DNA of 64,000 nt. Origin: Candidatus Bilamarchaeaceae archaeon (GTDB lineage Archaea > Micrarchaeota > Micrarchaeia > Anstonellales > Bilamarchaeaceae). The notes under the pieces were generated by a model, which was not told the DNA's origin, did no database searches, and worked only from the letters and a program-made list of their open reading frames with translations. The position numbers and the translations under genes are program-made. Positions within the stretch are counted from its first letter, which is position 1. Each line of letters begins with the position of its first letter. Of this stretch, positions 21,136-30,576 are shown in pieces. The DNA is taken from contig JAWCKZ010000001.1 in NCBI GenBank assembly GCA_038851325.1, forward strand, positions 35,769 through 99,768. The letters are read 5' to 3'.

Positions 21136-22311
21136 TTATACATTGTCCCTAACCACAACATAGAACGCCAAAAGCGCTGCAAGCGCTACGAATGCGGAAA
21201 ATAAAAATGGTGCGGGCGCGCCAAGGATACTTATTTCCCATAGCATTCCTGCTATAAAATTACTTGGTAGAGCAACAATACCAAGCAGCGCCCTGTAGAA
21301 ACCGACCGTGCTTGCATAACCGCCCTCCTCCGTTCCTCTCACTAGATAAGCAAGTGGAACGGTTTCGAATACAGCCATACTAATTCCAAGCACGATGAAG
21401 TTGGCCAAGATGAGCATCGGCACTCTGATGTACGCAAATACAAGCATCCCTATTGCGAATAAGATAATTCCTAACATTATAATTTTTCTCTCGTTCATGA
21501 TCTTAAGCAGATAAGGAGCGGAAAATGAGAAAGACGCGAAGGAGGCAAGGTAAGCAAGATAAAGAATCGGAACGAATACCAAATCGAAGAATCGCCCTCC
21601 CCAAGCAAGTAGGAGAAGCACGCTAAACTGACCAAGAGCGAAAAGTGCCATCACAGTTGAAAGTCTTTTTACCCTTTCATTTTTCAACAGCCGCGTTACA
21701 TTGATTGCGAAAGGAACTGCTCGCGCCTCTTTTTCCTTAAGCAGCAATAGCACAACAACACCAAGAACTGCCGGCATGAAGGCAATCGTAAAAAGAAATC
21801 TATAAGAGTCGATGCCATGCGTGTTATTGAAAAATAGCGCAATCAATGCTGCTGACAGGATAGGCCCTAGCATTGCACCAGCAGTATCCATCAACTTTCT
21901 AAATCCGAACGCAGCCTCCAAATTTTCCTTTTTCTCGGATAGCGCAATAAGCGCATCCCTTGGGCTTTCTCTTATTCCCTTTCCTACACGCTCTATTACC
22001 CTAAAGAAAACCACTTGCGGCCAGATAGTTGCATAAATAAGAAACATTTTGAACAGCGCTGACAAAGAGTAACCGAATATAACAATGGATTTTCGCTTTC
22101 CCAATTTGTCTGAATAAAGACCGAAAAAAAGAGCAGTTATAGCTGCTGCAAATTCACCAAGGCCTTCCATCAAAGTTACGACTATCACGGGCGAACCAAG
22201 GGTAACAGTCAAGAAAAATGGGAGGAGGGGAAATATCATCTCGCTGCTTACATCAACAAGAAAACTTGCAACACTGGCGACTACAGTGTTTCTGCTCAAT
22301 TTCGGATGCAT
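21136..22311 (-). CDS. MFS-type transporter
   Basis: 391 aa, about 12 TM helices. MFS-like motif (…GLYSDKLGKRKSIVIF…). Confidence 0.75.
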   Translation of the reverse strand: MHPKLSRNTVVASVASFLVDVSSEMIFPLLPFFLTVTLGSPVIVVTLMEGLGEFAAAITALFFGLYSDKLGKRKSIVIFGYSLSALFKMFLIYATIWPQVVFFRVIERVGKGIRESPRDALIALSEKKENLEAAFGFRKLMDTAGAMLGPILSAALIALFFNNTHGIDSYRFLFTIAFMPAVLGVVVLLLLKEKEARAVPFAINVTRLLKNERVKRLSTVMALFALGQFSVLLLLAWGGRFFDLVFVPILYLAYLASFASFSFSAPYLLKIMNERKIIMLGIILFAIGMLVFAYIRVPMLILANFIVLGISMAVFETVPLAYLVRGTEEGGYASTVGFYRALLGIVALPSNFIAGMLWEISILGAPAPFLFSAFVALAALLAFYVVVRDNV

Positions 22312-22369
22312 GAAGTATTAATTTACGATAGTGTTAAAATATTTGTCTAAAAGAAACGAATGTGATAAA

Positions 22370-23161
22370 ATGAATGTTTTGATTAAGTGCACAACAAAAG
22401 TTATCTTTGCAGTGCTGTTTCTGGCACTCATATTCAATTATGGTTGCCTCAACCAGGAAAAGCAAACTAAAGAGAACAGATGGATAGCACAGAGCGGCAT
22501 GGTCATAGAATCGAATGCAAGTGCAATTGTAATATCAGCGCCAAACTGCACTGCGTGTGACTTTGCTGATTATGTTCTTATGATTGTGGATAGAGAGGCT
22601 CCAGGAATAGCACCAACAGAAATAGAACGACTTGACCACGCCAGCCCTAAGGCAAGAGCTCTGATATCCAGGTATAAAATAGAAAAACTTCCAGTGGTGA
22701 TACTACAAAAGGAGACAGAATGGGATCCTCGTATGCTATCACTGTGGTCAGCGCAGTTCGGAACACTCGAAGACGACAATTCGCTTATTCTAAGAGATAT
22801 CTATCCGCCATACTATGATTTAAAGTCCGGTCAATTAAAAGGATTTGTTACGATAAAACTAATCGTAAATAAGTCCTGCACTGAGTGCTACGATGTCGAC
22901 AGCTTCACGAATGATATGATAAGCGTTTTCAAATTCATTGCCACAAAAAAAGAGATCGACATCGAAAGCGATGAGGGGAAGCAGTTTGTTGCGCAATATC
23001 ATATAGATAAGATTCCAACATTCGCGCTCTCATCTGATGCAGCAGAATACCCAGGCTTTAATGATTTTTGGCTATCAAAGAATAATACTATTGAAAGCGA
23101 TGGATGGTTTGTCTTTAGAGCAGTAGACCAGCTCGGTGCTTACTATATAAAACTGGAATAG
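22370..23161 (+). CDS. secreted protein with two thioredoxin-like CxxC domains
   Basis: ORF 22331..23161 with start at the internal MNVLIK. Signal/TM segment. CTAC and CTEC motifs in two repeated halves. Confidence 0.55.
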   Translation: MNVLIKCTTKVIFAVLFLALIFNYGCLNQEKQTKENRWIAQSGMVIESNASAIVISAPNCTACDFADYVLMIVDREAPGIAPTEIERLDHASPKARALISRYKIEKLPVVILQKETEWDPRMLSLWSAQFGTLEDDNSLILRDIYPPYYDLKSGQLKGFVTIKLIVNKSCTECYDVDSFTNDMISVFKFIATKKEIDIESDEGKQFVAQYHIDKIPTFALSSDAAEYPGFNDFWLSKNNTIESDGWFVFRAVDQLGAYYIKLE

Positions 23162-23263
23162 AAATAAGAGTGGGAACAAGAAATGAGAGAGCTGGATGAA
23201 GAAGATGAAGAATCTGATTTTGAGGAAGAATAAAATAAAAGAAAAAAGGAAAGAAAGGAAAAA

Positions 23264-24367
23264 TCAGCCAAGAACTTCAAGATCCTCGCTGTATGGCGGC
23301 ATAGCGGTTGTTTCTTCTGAGTGGAACGGTGCTCCAGCAACAGACGCGCCCTTCACGCCAGTTACTATCGCAACAATCTCTAACTTTCCTTCGTAGTTCT
23401 GTATAATTCTTGCGCCCCACTTAACATTTGCTTCTGGGTCCATTTTTTCTGTTATAATCTCTCCTGCTTTTATCGCATCACCAAGTGTAAGGTCAGACCC
23501 ACCAGATATATGAATAAGTGCGCCCTTCGCACCCTCAAAATCGACGTCCAGAAGTCTGTTCTTTATGACTCCTTCTGCAGCAGCGCGAACCTTATCGTTT
23601 CCTTTGCCTTCGCCAACTGCAATGAAGCCGACGCCGCCACCTTCCATGATCGCACGCACATCTGCAAAATCTATGTTTATCAGTGATGGTTGAGTAATAG
23701 TCCACACAAGCCCGCTTATTGCTCTCGCGAGTATCTCGTCAGCAACAGAGAATGCCTCTGTCATCGGAAGGTTTGGAACAAGCTGAACAAGCCTGTTGTT
23801 GTCCAATATAATAACAGAATCACAGTATTTTGTAAGTGCCTTTATACCTTCATCTGCTCTCTTTTTTCTTGCGCGCTCAAGCGCGAACGGGTATGTAACC
23901 ATTGCTACGACAATTGCGCCCTGCTCTTTTGCGATGTTTGCTACTATCGGTGCTGCGCCGCCGCCTGTTCCGCCGCCCATCCCTGCGCATATGAACACAA
24001 GGTGCGCGCCCTCTAACTCTTTTTCTATGAGCGGTCTATCGACCTCTGCAGATTTTGCTCCGATGTCTGGGTATCCACCGGCACCCAGCCCTTTTGTTAC
24101 GCTCTTACCTATAAGAATCTTCTTGGCTCTCTCATGTACTATATTCAAGTGCTGCTTGTCTGTATTTACCGCAACAAGCTCTGTACCCTTAACGCCAGAC
24201 TTTATCAACCTGTTGATGGTGTTGTTTCCTGCGCCACCAACACCGACGGTCACTATCTTAATTTGCTCTGAACTTAACGTCTCGCTCTCCTCCTTAACCG
24301 GGGCGGTTGATTCGCCCATAACAGACCTTACCAAATCTTCCATATTTTTCACCTGTCGCCTTACCAA
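23264..24367 (-). CDS. ftsZ: cell division GTPase FtsZ
   Basis: Tubulin signature GGGTGGGAAP, …NTDKQHL…, T7 loop …NIDFADVRAI…. Confidence 0.9.
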   Translation of the reverse strand: MVRRQVKNMEDLVRSVMGESTAPVKEESETLSSEQIKIVTVGVGGAGNNTINRLIKSGVKGTELVAVNTDKQHLNIVHERAKKILIGKSVTKGLGAGGYPDIGAKSAEVDRPLIEKELEGAHLVFICAGMGGGTGGGAAPIVANIAKEQGAIVVAMVTYPFALERARKKRADEGIKALTKYCDSVIILDNNRLVQLVPNLPMTEAFSVADEILARAISGLVWTITQPSLINIDFADVRAIMEGGGVGFIAVGEGKGNDKVRAAAEGVIKNRLLDVDFEGAKGALIHISGGSDLTLGDAIKAGEIITEKMDPEANVKWGARIIQNYEGKLEIVAIVTGVKGASVAGAPFHSEETTAMPPYSEDLEVLG

Positions 24368-24495
24368 CGGGTTTTACCGTGGGAGGTAAAAAATCTGCTT
24401 TTTGCTTTCTTTAAAAATGTTTTCTTTTACCTCGAAAAATGAATAGCGTTTGTATTCTTTTTTTACCATTATCAAAAAGTGCCCCTCGAAAAATT

Positions 24496-24521
24496 TAAAT
24501 ACATTTATTAAATACATTTAT
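24496..24521 (+). promoter_or_regulatory. tandem 13-nt direct repeat (taaatacatttat ×2) ending 8 nt upstream of the antitoxin start; candidate autoregulatory operator
   Basis: Exact tandem repeat read from the sequence at 24496-24508 and 24509-24521. Confidence 0.4.
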
Positions 24522-24529
24522 CGAATCCC

Positions 24530-24736
24530 ATGGTAAAAGTTATAACAATAATGGATGAAGTTTATTCAGAACTGTACAAATTAAAGAAATCAAAAGGGAT
24601 GTCTTTCAGCGAGGCGATCAGGTATCTTCTTGATGAACATAAAGAGAGCGGTAGTCCTATTATATCATTTGCTGGTTCCATCTCAGATGATGACATAGAC
24701 AAAAGAGCTGCTCTCAGAGTTAAAAGAGGTGTATAG
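24530..24736 (+). CDS. VapB-like antitoxin (68 aa)
   Basis: Small protein. 1-nt overlap with the downstream PIN gene. N-terminus MDEVYSELYKLKKSKGMSFSEAIRYLL resembles archaeal VapB/antitoxin families. Confidence 0.6.
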   Translation: MVKVITIMDEVYSELYKLKKSKGMSFSEAIRYLLDEHKESGSPIISFAGSISDDDIDKRAALRVKRGV

Positions 24737-25107
24737 TGGAAAAGATACTTTTAGACTATTACACAGCACTCGATTTTTTACGCGGAGAACCGCAGATAGT
24801 TGAAAAATTAAGTTACTATGCAAATACTGAGGAAATATGCATCTCTTCAGTTACCCTCGCACGTCTTCTTTTCACAATAAAAAAAACAGACGCAATAATC
24901 TCTTTTGCGTCTAGCATTACAGTACTGCCATTTGATAAAAAAAGTGCTATAATAGCATCGAAAATAAAAAGAGAAATGGATGAGAGATCAATCGACCCAC
25001 CTGAAGAGAGCATAGTAACTGCAGCAGTTTGCATGGCAAATGACGCATTCCTCTTCACACGAAGACCTGGCGATTTTGAGGGCATCAGGGGATTAAAAAG
25101 GGTTTAG
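24736..25107 (+). CDS. VapC-like PIN-domain toxin (123 aa)
   Basis: Reads along a PIN consensus: ILLD…LDFLRGEPQIVEKL…ISSVTLARL…VLPFD…IVTAAVCMANDAFLFTRRPGDFEGIRGLK. Confidence 0.65.
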   Translation: MEKILLDYYTALDFLRGEPQIVEKLSYYANTEEICISSVTLARLLFTIKKTDAIISFASSITVLPFDKKSAIIASKIKREMDERSIDPPEESIVTAAVCMANDAFLFTRRPGDFEGIRGLKRV

Positions 25108-25195
25108 GTTAGATTAAAAGCTAGCCCAGGTTTGGGACGATTATTAAGAATTACGCGGAAGCGTAATTATTAACTGGTGATTGCTGGGTGAGTCT

Positions 25196-26437
25196 ATGAA
25201 ATTAACACCAAAAGGAATGAGAGATTTCATGCCAGAGGAGAGTATAATCCGAGAGGAGGTTAGAGACAGAATAGCGACTATCTACAAAAAGTACGGTTTC
25301 GCTCCAATGGAAACACCTGCACTGGAATACTTCGAAACGCTCAGTGCGAAAGCAGGAGAAGAAATAGATAAACAGATATTCATGCTCAAGGATGAAAGGC
25401 TTGCGCTCAGATTTGATTTAACTGTTCCTCTTGCACGAGTCGCAGCGACTCTTGAAAGAGCAAGACCGTTTAAGAGGTACGCGATTGGTCCTGTGTGGCG
25501 AAGAGAGGAGCCGCAAAAAGGGAGATTCCGTGAATTCTGGCAAGCCGACGCAGACATAATCGGTAGTCCGAGCATGAGAGCAGAGGCAGAGCTGCTGACA
25601 ATAGCGAAAGAGATATGTGAAGAATTTGGGTTTGCCAAGCCGCGAATACTTCTTAACAACAGAAAGATACTGGATGCATTGGCACTGAAAATAGGATTTG
25701 AGGATAAAAAAGCAGAGACATACCGTCTTCTTGACAAGATAGACAAAGTTGGCAAGGATACGGTTGAGACAGAAGTTATAAAGCTTCTTGGTCAGCGTGG
25801 AAAAGAATTGCTCGATATAGTTTCAACTGGAAAAGACAACGATGAAAAGCTTGAGATAGTCGAGAAGAACGCAAAAGAGGCAAAGGAGGGAGTGAGCGAA
25901 CTACGTGAGATCCTTGAGCTCTGCAATTTTGACATTGAGATAGACCTTTCACTTGTCAGAGGTCTTGGCTACTATACTGGCCCAGTGTACGAAATAAAAT
26001 TAAGTGATGAGATTGGCACCGTAATCGCAGGTGGAAGATACGACAAACTTCTCTCACTCTACGGACGAGGTGATTATGCAACCGGGATATCTGTCGGTAT
26101 AGAACGCCTCATATCACTCTCACTCGAAAAATCAGAGAAGAGAAAAACAGAAACGAAGGCATTTATAGCAAACGCAAAGGATGAATTTTATAGAAATGCT
26201 CTTGAACTTGCTAAGAGTATAAGGGCTGCTGGAATACCTGCAGAAACCGACATCAACTCAAGAAGTCTTAGCAAACAGCTTGATTATGCCAACGCAAGAG
26301 GCATTCCATTTGTGATAATCATTGGTCAACAGGAAGTTAGTACAGGAATGTATAAGATAAGGAACATGAGGAATGGTGAGGAGAAAATAATAAAATATGA
26401 AGAATTAAGAGGCTTTTTGGAGGAACATAATGGCTAA
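25196..26437 (+). CDS. hisS: histidyl-tRNA synthetase
   Basis: Class II motifs (…FRREEPQKGRFREFWQ…, …GGRYD…, …GISVGIERL…) and a C-terminal anticodon-binding domain. Start moved to MKLTPKGMRDF. Confidence 0.9.
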   Translation: MKLTPKGMRDFMPEESIIREEVRDRIATIYKKYGFAPMETPALEYFETLSAKAGEEIDKQIFMLKDERLALRFDLTVPLARVAATLERARPFKRYAIGPVWRREEPQKGRFREFWQADADIIGSPSMRAEAELLTIAKEICEEFGFAKPRILLNNRKILDALALKIGFEDKKAETYRLLDKIDKVGKDTVETEVIKLLGQRGKELLDIVSTGKDNDEKLEIVEKNAKEAKEGVSELREILELCNFDIEIDLSLVRGLGYYTGPVYEIKLSDEIGTVIAGGRYDKLLSLYGRGDYATGISVGIERLISLSLEKSEKRKTETKAFIANAKDEFYRNALELAKSIRAAGIPAETDINSRSLSKQLDYANARGIPFVIIIGQQEVSTGMYKIRNMRNGEEKIIKYEELRGFLEEHNG

Positions 26438-26948
26438 CATCCGAATGTCTAATATCCTGAAGGTTCCTGTTATTTATATAAAGGATAAGCAAGCCTTTGA
26501 GAAGTATGCTGGAACCTTGCGGCTGCTCGGCAGTGCCCCTGAGATCGCAAGAGAGTTAAGCAAAAAATATAGATTGCTACATGTAGTTGATCTTGATCTT
26601 AAAGGCGGCAGCTTAGCAAATTTTGATATATATGATAAGCTTACATATTTCATTCACATCCAAGTAGAGTGCAGTAATGAAAGCGCTGCAAGACGCCTCC
26701 TGCAACTAAATGCACGCATAGTGGTAGAACTTCCAACTAAACTGCCGCTTGAAGAATGGAACAAAAGACTGCTCGTTGGTATTGTTAGTGGTGATGAAGA
26801 TGCAGCTCTCGTGCATGACGTAATTATCCGAAATCCATCGAAAGAAAAAATAGATAAATATCGTTCACAAGGAAAGCGTATAATGCTCTACGAAAACGAA
26901 TGGGATCAAAAGGAAGACATATGGGCGGTTATTTTGTCAAAACCTTGA
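26430..26948 (+). CDS. HisA/HisF-like (beta/alpha)-barrel fragment, probably degenerate (172 aa)
   Basis: …VPVIYIKD…YRLLHVVDLDLKGGS… aligns by eye with the HisA N-terminal half (…IPALDL…LHLVDLDGA…). The GGG phosphate-binding stretch is replaced by ECS. 8-nt overlap with the hisS stop. Confidence 0.45.
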   Translation: MANIRMSNILKVPVIYIKDKQAFEKYAGTLRLLGSAPEIARELSKKYRLLHVVDLDLKGGSLANFDIYDKLTYFIHIQVECSNESAARRLLQLNARIVVELPTKLPLEEWNKRLLVGIVSGDEDAALVHDVIIRNPSKEKIDKYRSQGKRIMLYENEWDQKEDIWAVILSKP

Positions 26949-27630
26949 CGCCTTCTTTTCCTATCTCAAAGTAATAACGCTTCATGGAATGAGGCGCGCC
27001 TTTCATTTTTATGACTTCGATAAAGCGTAGCCGTTCGTTTTTCTTTTGATCAAAGTAATATGATAGATTTATCCAACCGTCCGTAAAACTTTCTATTCCG
27101 TATGTGGTGTTTGGGAGCGCGTCCAGAGAGGATACGGTTGTATCCTCTGATATTATCAACGTCGTTGTCTCCCATTTTCTTATATTATCAATGAACTTAA
27201 GGAAGCCGTTTTTTCTTTCTTCCTCCCCTTTAAAGTAAAGCGCGATCGGCATTATCGAATCTATCACAACGCGCTTCACTCCAGATTTATTTATTATCTC
27301 CTTTATACCACCGGACTGCTGGATGAATTGGTCTACTTCATACACAGGATAGTCTAAGAAAATAAGTTTTTGCTTCTTCTCTATACCCTCGATGTCCCAC
27401 GCATATCCGCTCATATTAAAGAGCATAGAGTCTCTGCTCTCTTCTATGGAGATGTACATTCCAGGCTCATCAAACTGGTATGCACCAATATATAGAAACT
27501 GCATACCAAATGTGCTTTTTCCAACCCCTGTTGGTCCACCTATGGTTATGATAGAATTCTCTAAGAAGCCGCCATTAAGAACTTTATCCAGGCCCGGGAT
27601 GCCAGATTTTATAAACTTCCTTTCTCTCAT
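26929..27630 (-). CDS. KaiC-like RecA-superfamily ATPase (RadA paralog)
   Basis: …SGIPGLDKVLNGGFLENSIITIGGPTGVGKSTFGMQFL… (KaiC-type Walker A), plus Walker B …LIFLDY…/…VVIDSIM…. Confidence 0.7.
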   Translation of the reverse strand: MRERKFIKSGIPGLDKVLNGGFLENSIITIGGPTGVGKSTFGMQFLYIGAYQFDEPGMYISIEESRDSMLFNMSGYAWDIEGIEKKQKLIFLDYPVYEVDQFIQQSGGIKEIINKSGVKRVVIDSIMPIALYFKGEEERKNGFLKFIDNIRKWETTTLIISEDTTVSSLDALPNTTYGIESFTDGWINLSYYFDQKKNERLRFIEVIKMKGAPHSMKRYYFEIGKEGVKVLTK

Positions 27631-27633
27631 TTT

Positions 27634-28137
27634 TCACCCCTTCTTCTCTAGGAGTTTTTTGCCTGCCTCAGCCCTAAAGACTAACTGACGCTGTAGCTCT
27701 GCAATCTCTTCCGGCTTTGCCAACTTTGTTAATATAAGTCTTTTGTAATCTGCGGTGGTTGCAGAGAGTAGAGCAAGGAGTTCATGTGCCTCGCTTAGAC
27801 TAAATCTTATATCGTTTGGTCTCAAAATCTCAATGGAAAAGGGAGAGTGAGTAAGGCAGATATTCGCAAGTGTTGAAAAATTCTTGGTCAAAACTTTTAA
27901 TTCTATCGATGATGAATAGTTTTTTCCTTCACCACCCGCGATTGGTTCGTCTATCTCACCAAGAGCATAAACAACCCCGGGAGTGTAGATTATATGCTGG
28001 ATAAAGCCCGCGCCGAGGTTCTGAACATCCTCTTTAGTGGCTGCGTGGATATCAAAATACAGAAGCGCGAGCACGCCTCCTTCCGCTATCGTTTTTTCAG
28101 TAATTTTTTTAATATCTTTCTTGTCTTCCATAAACAT
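27634..28137 (-). CDS. hypothetical protein (167 aa) sitting between radA and the KaiC-like gene
   Basis: ORF track. 3-nt gap to the KaiC-like gene. Confidence 0.45.
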   Translation of the reverse strand: MFMEDKKDIKKITEKTIAEGGVLALLYFDIHAATKEDVQNLGAGFIQHIIYTPGVVYALGEIDEPIAGGEGKNYSSSIELKVLTKNFSTLANICLTHSPFSIEILRPNDIRFSLSEAHELLALLSATTADYKRLILTKLAKPEEIAELQRQLVFRAEAGKKLLEKKG

Positions 28138-28161
28138 TTTCTGTTCGTAAGCGCTTAAAAA

Positions 28162-29130
28162 TCAATCTGTTATCCCCTTCTTCGTTACCCTAAACACGCA
28201 CTCGCCCTCTGGCAGATTTGGACTATCGACAAGACGAGCTATTCTTTTATCATCCTTTCCCTTCCTTAGGTATAGTCTGTATGTCGAAGCGTGCGCAAGC
28301 ACATGGCCACCTATTGGTTTAGTTGGATCACCGAATAGCATACCTGGATCGTCCATAACCTGGTTCGTTACATAAACAGCAAGATTATAGGTATCTGCAA
28401 GCCTCTGCAGGGTATGCATATGTTTGTTAAGCTTCTGCTGTCTTTCACCAAGCGCTCCTCTACCAGTGTAGTCAGCCCTAAAATGAGAGGTAAGCGAATC
28501 AATGATAATAAGTTTAATGTTTTTTTCTTTTATGAGTTCCTCGGCTTTGTCTATTATAACCATTTGATGGTCACTGCTTTCAGCACGGACTATATATATG
28601 TTCTTCAGCACTTGCGCAGGATCCAATCCAGCACCTTCTGCTATCTGCGCTACTCTCTCTGGCCTAAATGTATGTTCTGTGTCAATAAAAAGAACGCTTC
28701 CGCCGAGCCCGCCAGCTCCTTCAGGCTTTTGAACATTTACTGAAAGTTGAAATGCGAGCTGACTTTTTCCAGAACTAAATCTAGCGTAAGCTTCTGTTAT
28801 TGCCTGTGTTTCTACACCGCCGCCCAAAAGCTCATCTAGCGCAGAAGAACCTGTTGTTATCTTTCCAACGCCTTTTCTTCTCTCATATACCGCATCTGCG
28901 GTCTCAACACCTATATCTATTGCTTCTTTCGCTGCTTCTATAGCTTTTTTTGCCGACTCCACCGACATTCCGGAAAGCTCAGAAAGGTCGTGAGGGCTTG
29001 CCGCTGCAATGGCAGAAAAGTTATCAAAACCTGCTGCCCTCAATTTTTCCGCTGTAGCCTCCCCCACACCAGGCAAATCCTCAAGTTCTTTATATATTTT
29101 CCTTGCCATAGTCACCCTCTCGATGCTCAC
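28162..29130 (-). CDS. radA: DNA repair and recombination protein RadA
   Basis: N-terminal HhH (…[17 protein letters not shown]…), Walker A …FSSGKSQL…, and …LAVYVTNQV…. Confidence 0.9.
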   Translation of the reverse strand: MSIERVTMARKIYKELEDLPGVGEATAEKLRAAGFDNFSAIAAASPHDLSELSGMSVESAKKAIEAAKEAIDIGVETADAVYERRKGVGKITTGSSALDELLGGGVETQAITEAYARFSSGKSQLAFQLSVNVQKPEGAGGLGGSVLFIDTEHTFRPERVAQIAEGAGLDPAQVLKNIYIVRAESSDHQMVIIDKAEELIKEKNIKLIIIDSLTSHFRADYTGRGALGERQQKLNKHMHTLQRLADTYNLAVYVTNQVMDDPGMLFGDPTKPIGGHVLAHASTYRLYLRKGKDDKRIARLVDSPNLPEGECVFRVTKKGITD

Positions 29131-29429
29131 TTGTTGTTCGGGAACACGAGAAGCTTTAGCTGCCCTATTCTTAAGGTATAGAATTCATTTCCGTTTCTTG
29201 ATACGCTTTTCCACATGCCACCAACGTTTACATAAATCAGGTTTCCATTCCTATCCCTATCAGGCTGCACAACCCTAAAATCAGGTCTCGCACCTGGTTG
29301 TCGAGTTGCATCACCACCAACTCCGCTCGGCTCGCTGCCCATCCCGTTCGACGACACTGATGGCTTGTCGTAAACCTCTTCAAATCCCTCATCAACAAGG
29401 TTTATTTCTTCATTCTTCATTTCAGTCAT
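29127..29429 (-). CDS. hypothetical protein (100 aa) whose stop overlaps the radA start by 4 nt
   Basis: ORF track. Disordered Ser/Gly-rich middle. The C-terminal block …[40 protein letters not shown] could be an OB-like beta domain. This is inference. Confidence 0.45.
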   Translation of the reverse strand: MTEMKNEEINLVDEGFEEVYDKPSVSSNGMGSEPSGVGGDATRQPGARPDFRVVQPDRDRNGNLIYVNVGGMWKSVSRNGNEFYTLRIGQLKLLVFPNNK

Positions 29430-29585
29430 TTGCTCACCTCATTATGTATTCATATATATTATGTATACATATACATAATATATACTAAGGGCATTAGATA
29501 TGATAGTTTTAAAAATAAATCGAACGCAGAGAGTAAAAATAAAAACCTTTTTATTTATTTTCATACACATTCAAAGCAATCTCAT

Positions 29586-30500
29586 ATGGCTGATACTATC
29601 GCGCTGAGGGATAAGATGGTTGTTTGCAGCATAAAAAAGTATAACGTGGAGGATAAAGAAAAAAGAATAGTTTGCGTAGAGACTTCAAAAAGTATTCATG
29701 CTTCTAAAAAATTGAAAGGAACTATCTTTGATCCTCAAAATGAAGAAATAATATACAAGATAGCAGAGCCTCTAAAAGAAATAGAGAACAATGCAGACCG
29801 GCTGCGGTATATTTATGAAATTTTTAATAACAAAAAAGAAAGCATAAAAAGTATTCTTTGCATAGGGTTGTTGAAAAACTGTTACTTTGAGGCTTCGTTT
29901 GATGAAAACCCGTTAACAGTAGCAGACATTATAGAAGAGGACATCATAGAAGAGGATCAAAAAGGAATAATTTTACTGGGAAATGGTGTCGAGGTTATAC
30001 TCATAAGCATAAGTGCTCTTAGGCTTGCCGATATACCCGCCTCTCCTGCTGTGATCTCACTGACAACGCCCTTTCGCAGCGAAATCATGTCCATGTTTTC
30101 TCTTGCAGTAATTGAAAAGAACCGCGCTTTTATCTCACTCCCTTACTCCGAAGTTGATATAGAACCACAAACATCGATAGAAAAACTTGAAATACTTAAT
30201 GACAACGAAGCAAAAGGATTGATAGATCTCGCTATAGCCAATGACATGCTAAACAGAATGGTAAGCAAAGCAAATATAGCAGAGGAGAACAACAAAAATC
30301 TAATCGAGATGATTGGAAAAGAGACCGTCCAGTTTATTTTTGCTGCTACTTTTTTAGATAAACACTGGAAAAACAATCCATATCGTAGATGTTTGCTCGA
30401 ATGTTTAGAGGAGTACTTAAAAAGGAATTTCGGCGAGACCAGAGGGGCTGAGATGGCAAAAGACGTTGAGAAGCTGATCAAAAATCTTAGAAAAACTTAA
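29586..30500 (+). CDS. hypothetical protein (about 304 aa from MADTIALRDK)
   Basis: ORF 29430..30500 trimmed to the internal ATG. The upstream part is AT-rich, repetitive (atatata…), promoter-like sequence. Confidence 0.5.
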   Translation: MADTIALRDKMVVCSIKKYNVEDKEKRIVCVETSKSIHASKKLKGTIFDPQNEEIIYKIAEPLKEIENNADRLRYIYEIFNNKKESIKSILCIGLLKNCYFEASFDENPLTVADIIEEDIIEEDQKGIILLGNGVEVILISISALRLADIPASPAVISLTTPFRSEIMSMFSLAVIEKNRAFISLPYSEVDIEPQTSIEKLEILNDNEAKGLIDLAIANDMLNRMVSKANIAEENNKNLIEMIGKETVQFIFAATFLDKHWKNNPYRRCLLECLEEYLKRNFGETRGAEMAKDVEKLIKNLRKT

Positions 30501-30502
30501 AT

Positions 30503-30576
30503 CGGGCCCGACGCGATTTGAACGCGTACCCCAAGGTCCGAAGCCTTGTCGGCTATCCAGGTTACCACACGGGCCC
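30503..30576 (-). tRNA. tRNA-Arg (anticodon TCG)
   Basis: Hand-folded cloverleaf on the minus strand: GGGCCCG acceptor, D-stem with two G·U pairs, anticodon stem CAAGG/CCTTG with loop CTTCGGA, T-arm ACGCG-TTCAAAT-CGCGT, acceptor CGGGCCC and discriminator G. No intron. Confidence 0.7.

Noticed and set aside
23143-23340. Minus-strand 65-aa poly-Ser ORF and the plus-strand 66-aa ORF 23196..23396 between the thioredoxin-like gene and ftsZ.
   Set aside because: Both are low-complexity translations of a purine/pyrimidine-skewed intergenic tract and overlap the ftsZ 3' end. No motifs.
29430-29585. The 5' extension of ORF 29430..30500 (MLTSLCIHIYYVYIYIIYTKG…).
   Set aside because: It is translated from an AT-rich tatata/atacat tract that looks like a promoter region. 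The in-frame ATG at 29586 (MADTIALRD…) is the more plausible start.
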